64,000 bases of DNA from Malacoraja senta (GCA_038087875.1 CM075994.1:9240001-9304000); one strand, 5' to 3'. Positions 49,401 to 63,317 are shown, counted from the stretch's first letter. Numbers and translations are program-made. Notes: a model not told the origin generated them from the letters alone.

Positions 49401-50319
49401 ATACACAAACACACATATATATATATTTCTCTAGCTTCTTTCTTCTGATTTCCTCAAATTATTTGTTGAGCTACCCTTTTCTTTCAATCCCTCTCTTTCT
49501 CTCTCTCTCTCTCCCTCCATGAAATCCTAATATTGTGAATAAAATATCCATGAACACATGCCAAGATATTTTTTCATTCTATATTAGTGTAATAAAATGT
49601 TGTGTATACATACCTACACTGATACAGAAGTGCTAGCTTTCGACATGAATAATGTACATTGCTACCATAGTTTAGTTTTGAATTTAACATATATCATGAT
49701 CTTAGGTAGGCAAAAATGCTGGAGAAACTCAGCGGGTGAGGCAGCATCTATGGAGTGAAGGAAATAGGTGACATTTCGGGTCGAGACCCTTCCTCAGTTC
49801 CTCGATGGCGCTAAAAATCACCCATCACCTACTACGGCTTTTTTGCCGAGTGGTCCATCTTGCTCTTGCTCTAGTATCTTTGCTGACAACCCACCCAGCC
49901 TAGTTTGAAATGCCTGCAGCTAAATACAGTGCCCTCATAATGTTTGGGACATTATTAATTTCTTTGCTTCTGCATTCCACAATTTGAGCTTTGTAATAGA
50001 AAAAATCTCATGTGGTTAAAGATCACATTGTCAGATTGTATAAAGGCTATTTTTATACATTTTGGTTTCACCATGTTGTTCTTGGAGATAAAAAATATAT
50101 AATATAAATACATGGTTCTACCATGAGAGCATGAGCTTCACCTTCGAGGAGAGAAAAGAGTACGAGAGAGAGAGAGAGAGAGAAAGAGGGATAGAGAGGA
50201 AAAGCTTGGACCATGGTGTGCAGACAGGAGATTGTAATACGCAGAGGGGCATAAGAGTTATTTTGTATTGTTTCTTTATTGATAGTTTTCTGTGTTTTAC
50301 TTGTGTTTGCTTCAATAAA

Positions 50320-50765
50320 TAAATGGAAATGGAAAAGGAAATGAAATGAAAATGAAAAGAGTTATTCGGCCTGCCCTGTGCTTGAAATTGAAATGTAATT
50401 GGAAATTAAAATGAAATGAGTTGTTTGGCCTCCCCCTGTGCTTGAAAATGAAATAGAAATGAAAGGAAAATGGAATGAGTTGTTTGGCCTGCCCTGTGCT
50501 TGAAATTCAAATGGAAATGGAAATCTAAATGACATGAAAATCAAATGAGTTGTTTGGCCTGCCTTGTGCTTGAAATTGAAATGGAAATGGAAAAGGAAAT
50601 GGAAATGAAAATGAAATGGAAATGGAAAAGGAAAAGGAAAAGGAAATGAAATGAAAATGAAAAGAGTTATTTGGCCTGCCCTGTGCTTGAAATTGAAATG
50701 GAAATGGAAATTAAAATGAAATGAGTTGTTTGGCCTGCCCTGTGCTTGAAATTGAAATGGAAAAG
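50320..50765. repeat. (GAAAT/GGAAAT)n-rich compound repeat with GAGTTGTTTGGCCTGCCCTGTGCTTGAAATT units
   Basis: Directly visible. Confidence 0.8.
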
Positions 50766-51084
50766 TCCAGAAAAAGTGCCTATCCACTGAAATTGCACTC
50801 ATATTTTTTTAACGAGTCCCTTTGGCCCATCATGCCTGTACTAGCCCAGGCGCTGTTCCTTCGGCCCATCAGAAAGTAATCCCCCTGCAAGTATTAAACC
50901 TCACCCCAGTATTTTTCTCCCTGCCTTCATTGGCTCCCTGTGAGATCCAGGCCAGGATTGAAGTTCCTCTTTCATTGCTGTGATCTGCAAAAAAAGATGA
51001 AAAATGTCTAAAATTGATTCTCCGCCGTCTCCCCTTTCTCTCTCACATAGTCTCTCACCTGTTTTGGAGAATTTCTGGCAGTTT

Positions 51085-51280
51085 CTGAGCTGCCACCCCA
51101 CCAGCCCTGAGTGACTGAGCTGCCAGCCCACCAGCCCTGAGTGACTGAGCTGCCAGCCCACCAGGCCTGAGTGACTGAGCTGCCAGCCCACCAGGCCTGA
51201 GTGACTGAGCTGCCAGCCCACCAGCCCTGAGTGACTGAGCTGCCAGCCCACCAGCCCTGAGTGACTGAGCTGCCAGCCCA
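51085..51280. repeat. 30-bp minisatellite (TGCCAGCCCACCAGCCCTGAGTGACTGAGC); second array at 53525-53750
   Basis: 6-7 near-perfect copies per array. Confidence 0.9.
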
Positions 51281-51585
51281 AGTATCCATTCGGCCCACAA
51301 TCTCCATACTAGCCCTCTGAAGTAGTTGTACAAACAAAGAGATGAACATTCCATGTTCTCCTTATTCTCATATAAATTGTAACTTTCAGTTCTCTCCGAT
51401 ATGATGAGAACTGTGTACTCTCCACCTCCTATGCCTGGTCTGAGTCCCTGCCCCCCCAAGCCCAAATGTCACCCCCTCTATCATCAAATGACTGCCCCCA
51501 AAATAATATAATATGCCAACAGTGGCCTAAATATAAATGGCTCCTACAGTATTTTTGTGGTCCTGTGACTGGATTTTAGGTGTAA

Positions 51586-54500
51586 CTAGACCAAGTGGGA
51601 CCCGTTGGGCCCCGTTCCACCAACCTAATATTCCACCACTCACCCATTCCCCCAACACAACCCGTTCCCCCAACCCAATATTCCACCACTCACCCATAGC
51701 TTCCAACTGCGGTGGTGTGGCTCATTTCCCCTCATCCCCCACACTCCATCCCCCTTCTCTTCACCCTCCCTCTTCTCTTCCCTCTCCTCCTCCCTCCTCC
51801 ACTCCCTCCCTCACCTCTCCCTCCCTCTCCTATCTCGTACCCTCAGTCACTCCCTCCCTCCCTCCATAACCCCTCTGCACTCTCTACCCCCTTCCACTCC
51901 CTCTATCTCCCTGCTCCCCCACCCCTCACCTCTCCCCCAACCCACTCCATCCCACTAAACACAATGTTTAAATAACATTTCTCCTCCTCCCCTCCCGCAC
52001 TCGCTCCCTCTCCTTACAACAATGTAACAAATATCTCATTGCACTGGGTGGAACACTGTTGACGGGCATTTTATGTAAATGATATCCCATTGTGACGTCA
52101 TATGCTGCTAACTGCCAGTGGACACTGCTGACAGGCAATTTATGTAAATGAGATCCCATTGTGACATCATAGCTGCTTACTGCCAGTGCAGATGGAAGAA
52201 ATGTTTCTCTACTAACAAGGGCTGGTGAACTGTGCTGGTCAACATGCACTGGGCGAGATGGCTGGGGGAAACGCACTACAATCACCGCAAACTTGGAACA
52301 GCACAGACCCTCCACTCAATCTATCCAATACTAAAGGGCAGGCATTTCACAGTTAAATGTCTTATATCAGATTGGCGGCTCCTTCACAGGGCCAACCCTG
52401 TACTCAGTTTTCCAGTTGATTGGTCCTCTCACCTGTCAAGTCAAGTGAGTTTATTGTCATGTGTCCCTGGTAGGACAATGAAATTCTTGCTTTGCTTGAG
52501 CACAACAGAACATAGTAGGCATTTACTACAAGGCATTCTATAAATATATACACAATGGTCAATATACTGATAAAGTGCAAATAACAGTATTGGCTAGTAA
52601 AGTTCAGTGTTATGTCCGAGCCAGGTTTAATAGCCTGATGGCTGTGGGGAAGTAGCTGTTCCTGAACCTGGTCGTTGCAGTCTTCAGGCTCCTGTACCTT
52701 CTACCTGAAGGTAGTAGGGAGATGAGTGTGTGGCCAGGATGGTGTGGATCCTTGATGATGCTGCCAGCCTTTTTGAGGCAGCGACTGTGGTAGATCCCCT
52801 CGATGGAAGGGAGGTCAGAGCCGATGATGGACTGGGGAGTGTTTACTACTTTTTGTAGTCTTTTCCTCTCCAGGGCACTCAAGTTGTCAATCACCTTGAT
52901 GAAGGTAACGCCCCTTCCGAGGGGGCCAGCAGTATAAAGCCCCGGATGCTGGACGTGGGTCAGTCACTCTGGAAGATCGTGAGGGAGAGTCCACAACTGT
53001 GATTCTAAGCTGTGAGTCAACTGAACTGTGAGTCTACTGAACTGTGAGTCTCCAATGTACTTGCAATAAATTATTTGTTAGACCTTAATGAAAATGAAAT
53101 GAGTTTTTTTGCCTCCCCTGTGCTTGAAATTGAAATGGAAATGGAAATGAAAGGAAAATGAAATGAGTTGTTTGGCCTGCCCTGTGCTTGAAATTGAAAT
53201 GGAAAAGTCCAGAAAAAGTGCCTATCTACTGAAATTGCACTCATATTTTTTAACGAGTCCCTTTGGCCCATCATGCCTGTACTAGCCCAGGCGCTGTTCC
53301 TTCGGCCCATCAGAAAGTAATCCCCCTGCAAGTATTAAACCTCACCCCAGTATTTTTCTCCCTGCCTTCATTGGCTCCCTGTGAGATCCAGGCCAGGATT
53401 GAAGTTCCTCTTTCATTGCTGTGATCTGCAAAAAAGATGAAAAATGTCTAAAATTGATTCTCCGCCGTCTCCCCTTTCTCTCTCACATAGTCTCTCACCT
53501 GTTTTGGGAGAATTTCTGGCAGTTTCTGAGCTGCCACCCCACCAGCCCTGAGTGACTGAGCTGCCAGCCCACCAGCCCTGAGTGACTGAGCTGCCAGCCC
53601 ACCAGGCCTGAGTGACTGAGCTGCCAGCCCACCAGGCCTGAGTGACTGAGCTGCCAGCCCACCAGCCCTGAGTGACTGAGCTGCCAGCCCACCAGGCCTG
53701 AGTGACTGAGCTGCCAGCCCACCAGGCCTGAGTGACCGAGCTGCCAGCCCAAGAATCCATTCGGCCCACAATCTCCATACTAGCCCTCTGAAGTAGTTGT
53801 ACAAACAAAGAGATGAACATTCCATGTTCTCCTTATTCTCATATAAATTGTAACTTTCAGTTCTCTCCGATATGATGAGAACTGTGTACTCTCCACCTCC
53901 TATGGCTGGTCTGAGTCCCTGCCCCCCAAAGCCCAAATGTCACCCCCTCTATCATCAAATGACTGCCCCCAAAATAATATAATATGCCAACAGTGGCCTA
54001 AATATAAATGGCTCCTACAGTATTTTTGTGGTCCTGTGACTGGATTTTAGGTGTAACTGGACCAAGTGGGACCCGTTGGGCCCCGTTCCACCAACCTAAT
54101 ATTCCACCACTCACCCATTCCCCCAACACAACCCGTTCCCCCAAACCAATATTCCACCACTCACCCATAGCCTCCAGCTGCGGTGGTGTGGCTCATTTCC
54201 CCTCATCCCCCAACACTCCATCCCCCTTCTCTTCACCCTCCCTCTTCTCTCCCCTCTCCTCCTCCCTCCTCCACTCCCTCCCTCACCTCTCCCTCCCTCT
54301 CCTATCTCGTACCCTCAGTCGCTCCCTCCCTCCCTCCCTCCCTCCATAACCCCTCTGCCCTCTCTACCCCCTTCCACTCCTCTATCTCCCTGCTCCCCCA
54401 CTCCTCACCTCTCCCCTAACCCACTCCATCCCACTAAACACAATGTTTAAATAACATTTCTCCTCCTCCCCTCCCGCACTCGCTCCCTCTCCTTACAACA

Positions 54501-55900
54501 ATGTAACAAATATCTCATTGCACTGGGTGGAACACTGTTGACGGGCATTTTATGTAAATGATATCCCATTGAGACGTCATATGCTGCTAACTGCCAGTGG
54601 ACACTGCTGACAGGCAATTTATGTAAATGAGATCCCATTGTGACATCATAGCTGCTAACTGCCAGTGCAGATGGAAGAAATTTTTCTCAAAGTGGCATCT
54701 TGCAAAGTTTGAAATGTGAATAACTTGTAATATATACAATCAATGTGAACGAAACTTGATACACCACACCACATGAGAATGGTGAGTAAGGTGTTTTGGT
54801 ATAATTTCAGAATCACATGGGCAGACATCTAAACACACAGACAGGCACACAGACACACATGCATAGAAACAAACAAGATCAGAGTTTTAGTAATATACTC
54901 GATCAAGTGGGACCCGTTGGGCCCCATTCCCCCAACGCAATATTCCACCACTCACCCGTTCCCCCAATACAACCCATTTTCACCACTCATCCGGTCCCCC
55001 AATGCAACCCATACCCCCCTACTGCTCAGGCATGGCTCATCTCATCTCATCCCCTAAAACTCCTTCCTTCCCTCTTCACCTTCCCTCTTCTCTCCTCTCT
55101 CCCCCCTCCCCTCGTCCACTCCCTCCCTTACCTCTCCCTTCCCCTACCCTCAGTCACATCCTCCCCCCATCCATCCCTCCCTCCCTCCCTCCATAACCCC
55201 TCCCTACCCCCTCCTCTCCCTCTATCTCCCTGCTACCCTATCCCACCATGCCACTAAACACAATGTTTAAATAACAATTCTTAATCGACCCCATGTGGGG
55301 GGGGGGGGGGTGGGGGGGGCAGCGAATCCGCTCACCTCTCCCCATCCCACCCTAAACAATTAAAATCTCGAATTAATTTTGAAAATGAAACCTCTCCCCT
55401 ATTCCACCCCTCCACAAGGAAACCTCACGTTGGCGATGGCGTCGGCACTCACATCCCCCATCCCACCCACCCACAAGGAAAATTCTAAATGAGATTAATG
55501 ATCCCAGATGTGCAACTTAATGAGATTCCATTGTGATGTAATTGTTTTTATGTAAATGAGATCCCATTGTGACGTCATAGCTGCCAACTGCCACTGCACT
55601 GGAAATTATTATTCTCAGTAAGGTTTTGTAAAGTTAAAAATGTGAATAATGTAAAATATAACATCAATATGAACGAAACTGTGATAAAACACACCACAAG
55701 ACAATTGTGTGTAAGATGGTCCAAAAATTGTAGCACTATTGTGTACCGTTTTGGTGTAATTCAGGACATCACACAGACAAGATGAGTGTTTTAGTAATAT
55801 ACTAGAAAGTGGGGTTTTGTAAAATTTTAAATGTCAATATCTTATAAAATATAACATCAATCTGAACGAAACATGACACAGGACAATGGTGAGTAAATTG
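51586..55900 (-). mobile_element. Cluster of Helitron-like non-autonomous elements (3' ends near 51586, 54057, 54898)
   Basis: Repeated (C)TAGACCAAGTGGGACCCGTTGGGCCCC termini followed by shared C/T-rich bodies. Confidence 0.55.
52435..52895 (-). mobile_element. Rex1/Babar-like LINE 3' fragment
   Basis: ORF 52610-52894 (LLPSGRRYRS...RFRNSYFPTAIRLLN); TTGAC-type tail. Confidence 0.7.
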
Positions 55901-56723
55901 GTATTTTAGTGCTATTCATCTGGCAGAGTTCAGATCATGAAAAGCTGGCAAACAAACAAACACTCTCACTGACAGACAAGATGAGATTTACAATTGTACG
56001 AAGCCGATTAAGCTACAAACCTGAGGTACACAAAAATGCTGGAGAAACTCAGCGGGTGCAGCAGCATCTATGGAGCGAAGGAAATAGGCAACGTTTCAGG
56101 CCGAAACCCTTCTTCAGACTGATAGGGGGTGGGGAGAAGAAAGGAAAAAAGGCGGAGGAGGAGCCCGAGGGCTGGGGGAGGGGAGGAGACAACCAGAGGG
56201 CTGATGAAGGGGAGGGAACAGCAAGGGCTAGCAGAATTGGGAGAATTCAATGTTCAAGCCCCCAGGATGTAGACTGCCCAAGCGGAATATGAGGTGCATT
56301 TCCTCCAATTTCCGGTGTTGCTTGCTGTGGCCATGGAGGAGACCCAGGTCAGAGAGGTCAGACACGGAATGGGAGGGGTAGTTGAAGTGCTGAGCCACCG
56401 GGAGGTCAGGTTGGTTATTGCGGACCGACCGGAGGTGTTCGGCGAAACGATGGCCAAGCCTCCGCTTGGTCTCACCAATGTAGATCAGCTGGCATCTAGA
56501 GCAGCGGATGCAATAGATGAGGTTGGAGGAGATGCAGGTGAACCTCTGTCGCACCTGGAACGACTGCTTAGGTCCTTGAATGGAGTCGAGGGGGAGGTGA
56601 AGGGACAAGTGTTGCATCTCTTGCGGTTGCAAGGGAAAGTACCCGGGGAGGGGGTGGTACGGGAGGGAAGGGAAGAATTGACAAGGGAGTTACGGAGGGA
56701 GCGGTCTTTGCGGAAGGCAGACA

Positions 56724-59560
56724 GCTATTAATGATTATGATATAGTTGGGATCACGGAGACATGGCTCCAGGGTGACCAAGGCTGGGAGCTGAACATCCA
56801 GGGATATTCAATATTCAGGAGGGATAGAGAGAAACGAAAAGGAGGTGGGGTAGCGTTGCTGGTTAGAGAGGAGATTAACGCAGTGGAAAGTAAGGACATT
56901 AGCTTGGAGGATGTGGAATCGGTATGGGTAGAGCTGCGAAACACTAAGGGGCAGAAAACGCTGGTGGGTGTTGTGTACAGGCCACCTAGCAGTAGTAGTG
57001 AAGTTGGGGATGGCATCAAACAGGAAATTAGAAATGCGTGCAACAAAGGCAAAACAGTTATAATAGGTGACTTCAATCTACATATAGATTGGGTGAATCA
57101 AATTGGCAGGGGTGGTGAGGAAGAGGATTTCTTGGAATGTATGCGGGATAGTTATCTAAACCAATAAGTAGAGGAACCAACGAGAGAGCAGGCTATTCTA
57201 GACTGGGTATTGAGTAATGAGGAAGGGTTAGTTAGCAGCCTTGTTGTGCGTGCCCCCGTGGGCAAGAGTGACCATAATATGGTTGAGTTCTTCATTAGGA
57301 TGGAGAGTGACATTGTTAATTCAGAAACAACGGTTCTGAACTTAAAGAAAGGTAACTTTGAGTGTATGAGACGTGAATTGGCCAAGATTGACTGGCAATT
57401 AGTTCTAAAAGGGTTGACGGTGGATATGCAATGGAAGGCATTTAAAGACTGCATGGATGAACTACAAAAATTGTTCATCCCAGTTTGGCAAAAGAATAAA
57501 TCAGGGAAGGTAGTGCATCCGTGGATAACAAGGGAAGTCAGGGATAGTATCAAAGCAAAAGATGATGCGTACAAATTAGCCAGAAAAAGCAGCATACCAG
57601 AGGACTGGGAGAAATTCAGAGACCAGCAGAGGAGGACAAAGGGCTTAATTAGGAAAGGGAAAATAGATTATGAAAGAAAACTGGCAGGGAACATAAAAAC
57701 TGACTGCAAACGTTTTTATAGATATGTGAAGAGAAAGAGATTAGTTAAAACAAATGTAGGTCCCTTGCAGTCAGAAACAGGTGAATTGATCATGCGGAAC
57801 AAGGATATGGCGGACCAATTGAATAACTACTTTGGTTCCGTCTTCACTAAGGAAGACATAAATAATCTGCCGGAAATAGCAGGGGACCGCGGGTCAAAGG
57901 AGTAGGTGGAACTGAGTGAAATCCAGGTTAGTCGGGAAGTGGTTTTGGGTAAATTGAATAGATTAAAGGCCGATAAATCACCAGGGCCAGATAGGCTCCA
58001 TCCCAGAGTATTTAAGGAAGTAGCTCCAGAAATAGTGGATGCATTAGTGATAATTTTTCAAAGCTCTTTAGATTCTGGAGTAGTTCCTGAGGATTGGAGG
58101 GTAGCAAACGTAACCCCACTTTTTAAGAAGGGAGGGAGAGAGAAAACGGGGAATTACAGACCAGTTAGTCTAACATCGGTAGTGGGGAAACTGCTAGAGT
58201 CAGTTATTAAAGATGGGATAGCAGCACATTTGGAAAGTGGTGAAATCATTGGACAAAGTCAGCATGGATTTACGAAAGGTAAATCATGTCTGACGAATCT
58301 TATAGAATTTTTTGAGGATGTAACTAGTAGAGTGGATAGGGGAGAACCAGTGGATGTGTTGTATCTGGACTTTCAGAAGGCTTTCGACAAGGTCCCACAT
58401 AAGAGATTAGTATACAAACTTAAAGCACACGGTATTGGGGGTTCAGTATTGATGTGGATAGAGAACTGGCTGGCAAACAGGAAGCAAAGAGTAGGAGTAA
58501 ACGGGTCCTTTTCACAATGGCAGGCAGTGACTAGTGGGGTACCGCAAGGCTCAGTGCTGGGACCCCAGCTATTTACAATTTATATTAATGAACTGGATGA
58601 GGGAATTGAAGGCAACATCTCCAAGTTTGCGGATGACACTAGGCTGGGGGGCAGTGTTAGCTGTGAGGAGGATGCTAGGAGACTGCAAGGTGACTTGGAT
58701 AGGCTGGGTGAGTGGGCAAATGTTTGGCAGATGCAGTTTAATGTGGATAAATGTGAGGTTTACCACTTTGGTGGCAAAAACAGGAAAGCAGACTATTATC
58801 TAAATGGTGGCCGATTAGGAAAAGGGGAGATGCAGCGAGACCTGGATGTCATGGTACACCAGTCATTGAAAGTAGGCATGCAGGTGCAGCAGGCAGTGAA
58901 GAAAGCGAATGGTATGTTAGCTTTCATAGCAAAAGGATTTGAGTATAGGAGCAGGGAGGTTCTACTGCAGTTGTACAGGGTCTTGGTGAGACCACACCTG
59001 GAGTATTGCATACAGTTTTGGTCTCCAAATCTGAGGAAGGACATTATAGCCATAGAGGGAGTACAGAGAAGGTTCACCAGACAGATTCCTGGGATGTCAG
59101 GACTTTCATATGAAGAAAGACTGGATAGACTTGGCGTATACTCGCTAGAATTTAGGAGATTGAGGGGGGATCTTATAGAAACGTAAAAAATTCTTATTGG
59201 GTTGGACAGGCTAGATGCAGGAAGATTGTTCCCGATGTTGGGGAAGTCCAGGACAAGGGGTCACAGCTTAAGGATAAGGGGGAAATCCTTTAAGACCAAG
59301 ATGAGAAAAAACTTTTTCACACAGAGAGTGGTGAATCTCTGGAACTCTCTGCCACAGAGGGTAGTTGAGGCCAGTTCATTGGCTATATTTAAGAGGGAGT
59401 TAGATGTGGCGCTTGTGGCTAAAGGGATCAGGGGGTATGGAGAGAAGGCAGGTACGGGATACTGAGTTGGATGTTCAGCCATGATCATATTGAATGGCGG
59501 TGCAGGCTCGAAGGGCCGAATGGTCTACTCCTGCACCTATTTTCTATGTATCTATGTATC
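56724..59560 (+). mobile_element. CR1 LINE with stop-disrupted EN-RT ORF2, nested in the Penelope-like element
   Basis: ORF segments 56856-57167, 57210-57905, 57906-59186, 59202-59465; (TCTATGTA)n tail; Penelope arm resumes at 59561. Confidence 0.9.
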
Positions 59561-60705
59561 TGTGGGGGGAGATGGGAAGAAGTGTAGTCCAGATAGCCAT
59601 GGGAGTCGGTAGGTTTGTAGTGGATGTCGGTAAGAATTCTATCACCTGCGATAGAGATAGTTGTGTGTAAGATGGAGATAATATCTCCATCGCAGGTGAT
59701 AGACTTCTTACCGACATCCACTACAAACCTACCGACTCCCATGGCTATCTGGACTACACTTCTTCCCACCCTGCTTCCTGTAAGGACTCCATCCCCCACT
59801 CCCAATTCCTCCGTCCACGCCGCATCTGCTCCCAGGATGAGGCGTTCCACACCAGGGCATCCGAAATGTCCTCATTCTTCAGGGAACAGGGGTTCCCCTC
59901 CTCCACCATAGATGAGGCTCGCACCAGGGTCTCTGCCATACCCCGCAACACTGCTCTCTCTCCCCATCCCCCCACTCACAACAAGGGCAGAGTCCCCCTA
60001 GTCCTCACCTTTCACCCCACCAGCCGTCACATACAAGTGATCCGTCAGTTTTGCCACCTCCAACGTGACCCCACCACTCGCCACATCTTCCCATCTCCCC
60101 CCATGTCTGCCTTCCGCAAAGACCGCTCCCTCCGTAACTCCCTTGTCAATTCTTCCCTTCCCTCCCGTACCACCTCATCCCCGGGTACTTTCCCTTGCAA
60201 CCGCAAGAGATGCAACACTTGTCCCTTCACCTCCCCCCTCGACTCCATTCAAGGACCTAAGCAGTCGTTCCAGGTGCGACAGAGGATCACCTGCATCTCC
60301 TCCAACCTCATCTATTGCATCCGCTGCTCTAGATGCCAGCTGATCTACATCGGTGAGACCAAGCGGAGGCTTGCCGATCGTTTCGCCGAACACCTCCGGT
60401 CGGTCCGCAATAACCAACCTGACCTCCCGGTGGCTCAGCACTTCAACTCCCCCTCCCATTCCGTATCTGACCTCTCTGTCCTGGGTCTCCTCCATGGCCA
60501 CAGCGAGCAACACCGGAAATTGGAGGAAATGGACCTCATATTCCGCTTGGGCAGTCTACATCCTGGGGGCTTGAACATTGAATTCTCCCAATTCTGCTAG
60601 CCCTTGCTGTCCCCTCCCCTTCATCAGCCCTCTGGTTGTCTCCTCCCCTCCCCCAGCCCTCGGGCTCCTCCTCCGCCTTTTTTCCTTTCTTCTCCCCACC
60701 CTCTA

Positions 60706-60745
60706 TCAGTCTGAAGAAGGGTTTCGCCCCGAAACGTTGCCTATT
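60706..60745 (+). ncRNA. Minimal type I hammerhead-ribozyme-like motif in the Penelope 3' terminus
   Basis: CUGAAGA, short stem-loop II, GAAAC-GUH; many copies, e.g. near 41122, 43831, 63816. Confidence 0.55.
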
Positions 60746-61264
60746 TCCTTCGCTCCATGGATGCTGCTGCACCCGCTGAGTTTCTCCAGCATATTTGTGT
60801 ACCTTCGATTTACCAGCATCTGCAGTTCCTTCTTTAACACAACCTACAAACCTGGACGTCTTTGGAGTGAGTCAGGAAACCGCAGCACCCTGAGAAAATC
60901 CACACAGTCACAGGGAGAACATGCAAACTCCGTACAGACAACACCCGTGGTCAGGATGGAACCCGGGTCTCTGGCGCTGTGAGGCATCAACTCTACCGCT
61001 GCACCACCGTGCCGCAGAATTATACAGTGTAGTAATAATAACATGTGAGACAGTTTATAAAATTGTTTTCCAGAATTTGATAGAGGCTTTGACAGACTCT
61101 TGATTAGTACAAGTGTCAGGGGTTATGGGGAGAATGGGGTTGAAAGGGAAAGACAGATCGGCCAGGATTAAAGGGCAGAGTAAACTTGATGGGCCGAATG
61201 GCTTGATCCTGCTCCTGGAACATAAAAAAAGGAATACGCTCACATTTTCTTTTGAAAATCAGTA

Positions 61265-61270
61265 TTTTAT
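61265..61270 (-). terminator. Candidate polyadenylation signal for Ly6 gene C (homologous sites near 23975, 31671, 36008)
   Basis: AATAAA on the minus strand ~870 bp past the stop codon, conserved in all duplicated 3' regions. Confidence 0.4.
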
Positions 61271-62143
61271 TGAGATGCGGCAACAGATGAACAGAGTAAT
61301 GGTACACACTCCAAATTATATGATTATTATTATTATTACTATCCAAACTATTAAAAGATTGCAAATATCAAGCATGGTGAATTAGACAATAGACAATAGG
61401 AGCAGGAGTAGGCCATTCGGCCCTTCGAGCCAGCAACGCCACTCAATGTGATCATGGCTGATCATCCCCAATCAGTACCCCGTTCCTGCCTACTCCCCAT
61501 ATCCCCTGACTCCGCTATCTTTAGGAGCCCTATCTAGCTCTCTTGAAAGTATTGACATTGCCTTTGTCAACTCGAAGGAGGTTGTCCATGCACTGCCATC
61601 GTAACATGCTTGTCTAGCCTCCTGAGATAAACAGTCTTATAAGGTCATGCAGTAGGTGATAGGAGCAGAACTAGGCCATTCGGCCCATCAAATCTACTCC
61701 GCCATTCAATCATGGCTGATCTATCTCTCCCTCCTAACCCCATTCTCCTGCCTTCTCCCCATAACCCCTGACACCCGTCCTAATCAAGAATCTATCTATC
61801 TCTGCGGTAAAAATATCAATTCACTTGGCCTCCACAACATTCTGTTGGAGTTACTGAAGCTGTGTATATATGTAACCAGCTCCAAAACATAATTCAAATC
61901 AATAACAAAGAAAAAAGCACATTGGAAGATTGAGGAATTACAGAACCCATAGAACTAACCACCATCGATGAACTAATCCTGAACCTGGATGAGGGTTACT
62001 GATTTTGGAATGAAAATAATTTGCACATCTGTTAGATTAAGTTGCTCATCTCTTGGAAATCAAGTGTTAAGACCCATTATCCCTGATCTTCAGACAAAAA
62101 GCACCCAGAAGATTGCACTGTGCATTATTATTATGCACTTGCT

Positions 62144-62331
62144 TCACATAAATATTGCAAACCAGACTGAGACCAGAGCAGGGAACAGCAGAAGAGATAA
62201 TTTAACTTGGTCACTCGCGTTGCAGAGGTCAGTATCACAACAGCTGACAGAGACTGTGGCTCCTGGGATAATTTGCGGGACATTACATTCAGCAGGGGAG
62301 GCACATCCAGCGCCATAAGCCTTTACACCAG
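62144..62331 (-). CDS. Ly6/uPAR-family gene C, terminal exon (AGVKAYGAGCASPAECNVPQIIPGATVSVSCCDTDLCNASDQVKLSLLLFPALVSVWFAIFM*)
   Basis: 188-bp exon, ttttccAG acceptor, CCxxxxCN motif, GPI-type tail, TGA stop. Confidence 0.88.
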
Positions 62332-62726
62332 CTGGAAAAACAGAATGGTCAGATAAATAATTTCTATATTCATAGTTCATGTATCATTTTAGAGTATTAC
62401 AGCGTGGAAACAGGCCCTTCACCCCAACTTGCCCACACCGGCCAACATGTCCCAGCAACACTAGTCCCACCTGCCAGCGCTTGGTCCATATCCCCCAAAC
62501 CTGTCCGATCCATGTACCTGTCTAACTGTTTCTTAAACGTTGTGATAGTCCCTGCCTCAACTACCTCCTCTGGCAGCTTGTTCCATACACCCACCACCCT
62601 GTGTGTGAATGCCACTGAGTTTTCACATTTCTATGAGTAAATCAGCTATTTATTCACAGAATCGCACAGTCTTAACATCTTTACGAGGATGTTGCCAGGA
62701 CTAGAGGGTGTGAGCTATAGGGAGAG

Positions 62727-63034
62727 TCGTCAAGTCACATTTATTTATATAGCACATTTAAAAAACAACTCTCGTTGGCCAAAGTGCTTTACATTTGTTA
62801 TAAGAATAGAATAAACAAGCAAACTACATACATATAGCCCTCGCTCAGAGGACGTCAAGAAAGGCTTGGGAGTATAGATAAGTTTTTAGTCTTGACTTAA
62901 AGGAGTCGATGGAGGGGGCAGTTCTGATGGGAAAGGGGTTGCTGTTCCACAGTCCAGGAGCTGCAACCGCAAAGGCGCGGTCGCCCCTGAGCTTATGCCT
63001 AGACCGCGGGATATTCAGCAACCCCAAGTCGGCC
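62727..63034 (-). mobile_element. L2-clade LINE 3' fragment in intron 2 of Ly6 gene C
   Basis: GDRAFAVAAPGLWN...FKSRLKTYL C-terminus; absent at the homologous site near 40557; short GAGAG duplication. Confidence 0.75.
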
Positions 63035-63317
63035 GAGAGGTTGAGCAGGCTGGGTCTCTATTCCTTGGAGCACAGGAGGATGAGGGGTGATCCTATAGAG
63101 GTGTATAAAATCATGACAGGAATAGATTGGGAAGATGCACAGAGTCTCTTGCCCAGAGTAGGGGAATCGAGGACCAGAGGACATTGGTTTAAGGTGAGGG
63201 GGAAAAGATTTAAAAGGAATCTGAGGGGTAACCTTTTCACACAAACGGTGGTGGGTGTATGTTTCCACGCTGTATCTCTAAACTAGAGGTGTGCATCTCA
63301 AATTCTTTCGTACTTAC

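Larger units (their letters stand above)
50720..54680. repeat. Local direct duplication, about 50720-52200 versus 53160-54680 (offset ~2.44 kb)
   Basis: Near-identical sequence including the unique-looking block 51318-51585. Confidence 0.85.
56023..60842 (+). mobile_element. Penelope-like element (GIY-YIG endonuclease, RT C-terminus) with inverted 5' arm, interrupted by a CR1
   Basis: ORF 59866-60600 SSNLIYCIRC..IYIGETKRRL..RFAEH..VAQHFN; inverted copy 56023-56723; TSD CTACAAACCTG near 56013 and 60844. Confidence 0.88.

Noticed and set aside
50901..53936. Repetitive ORFs such as (GWQLSHSGLV)n
   Set aside because: Translations of the 30-bp minisatellite; no splice or coding evidence
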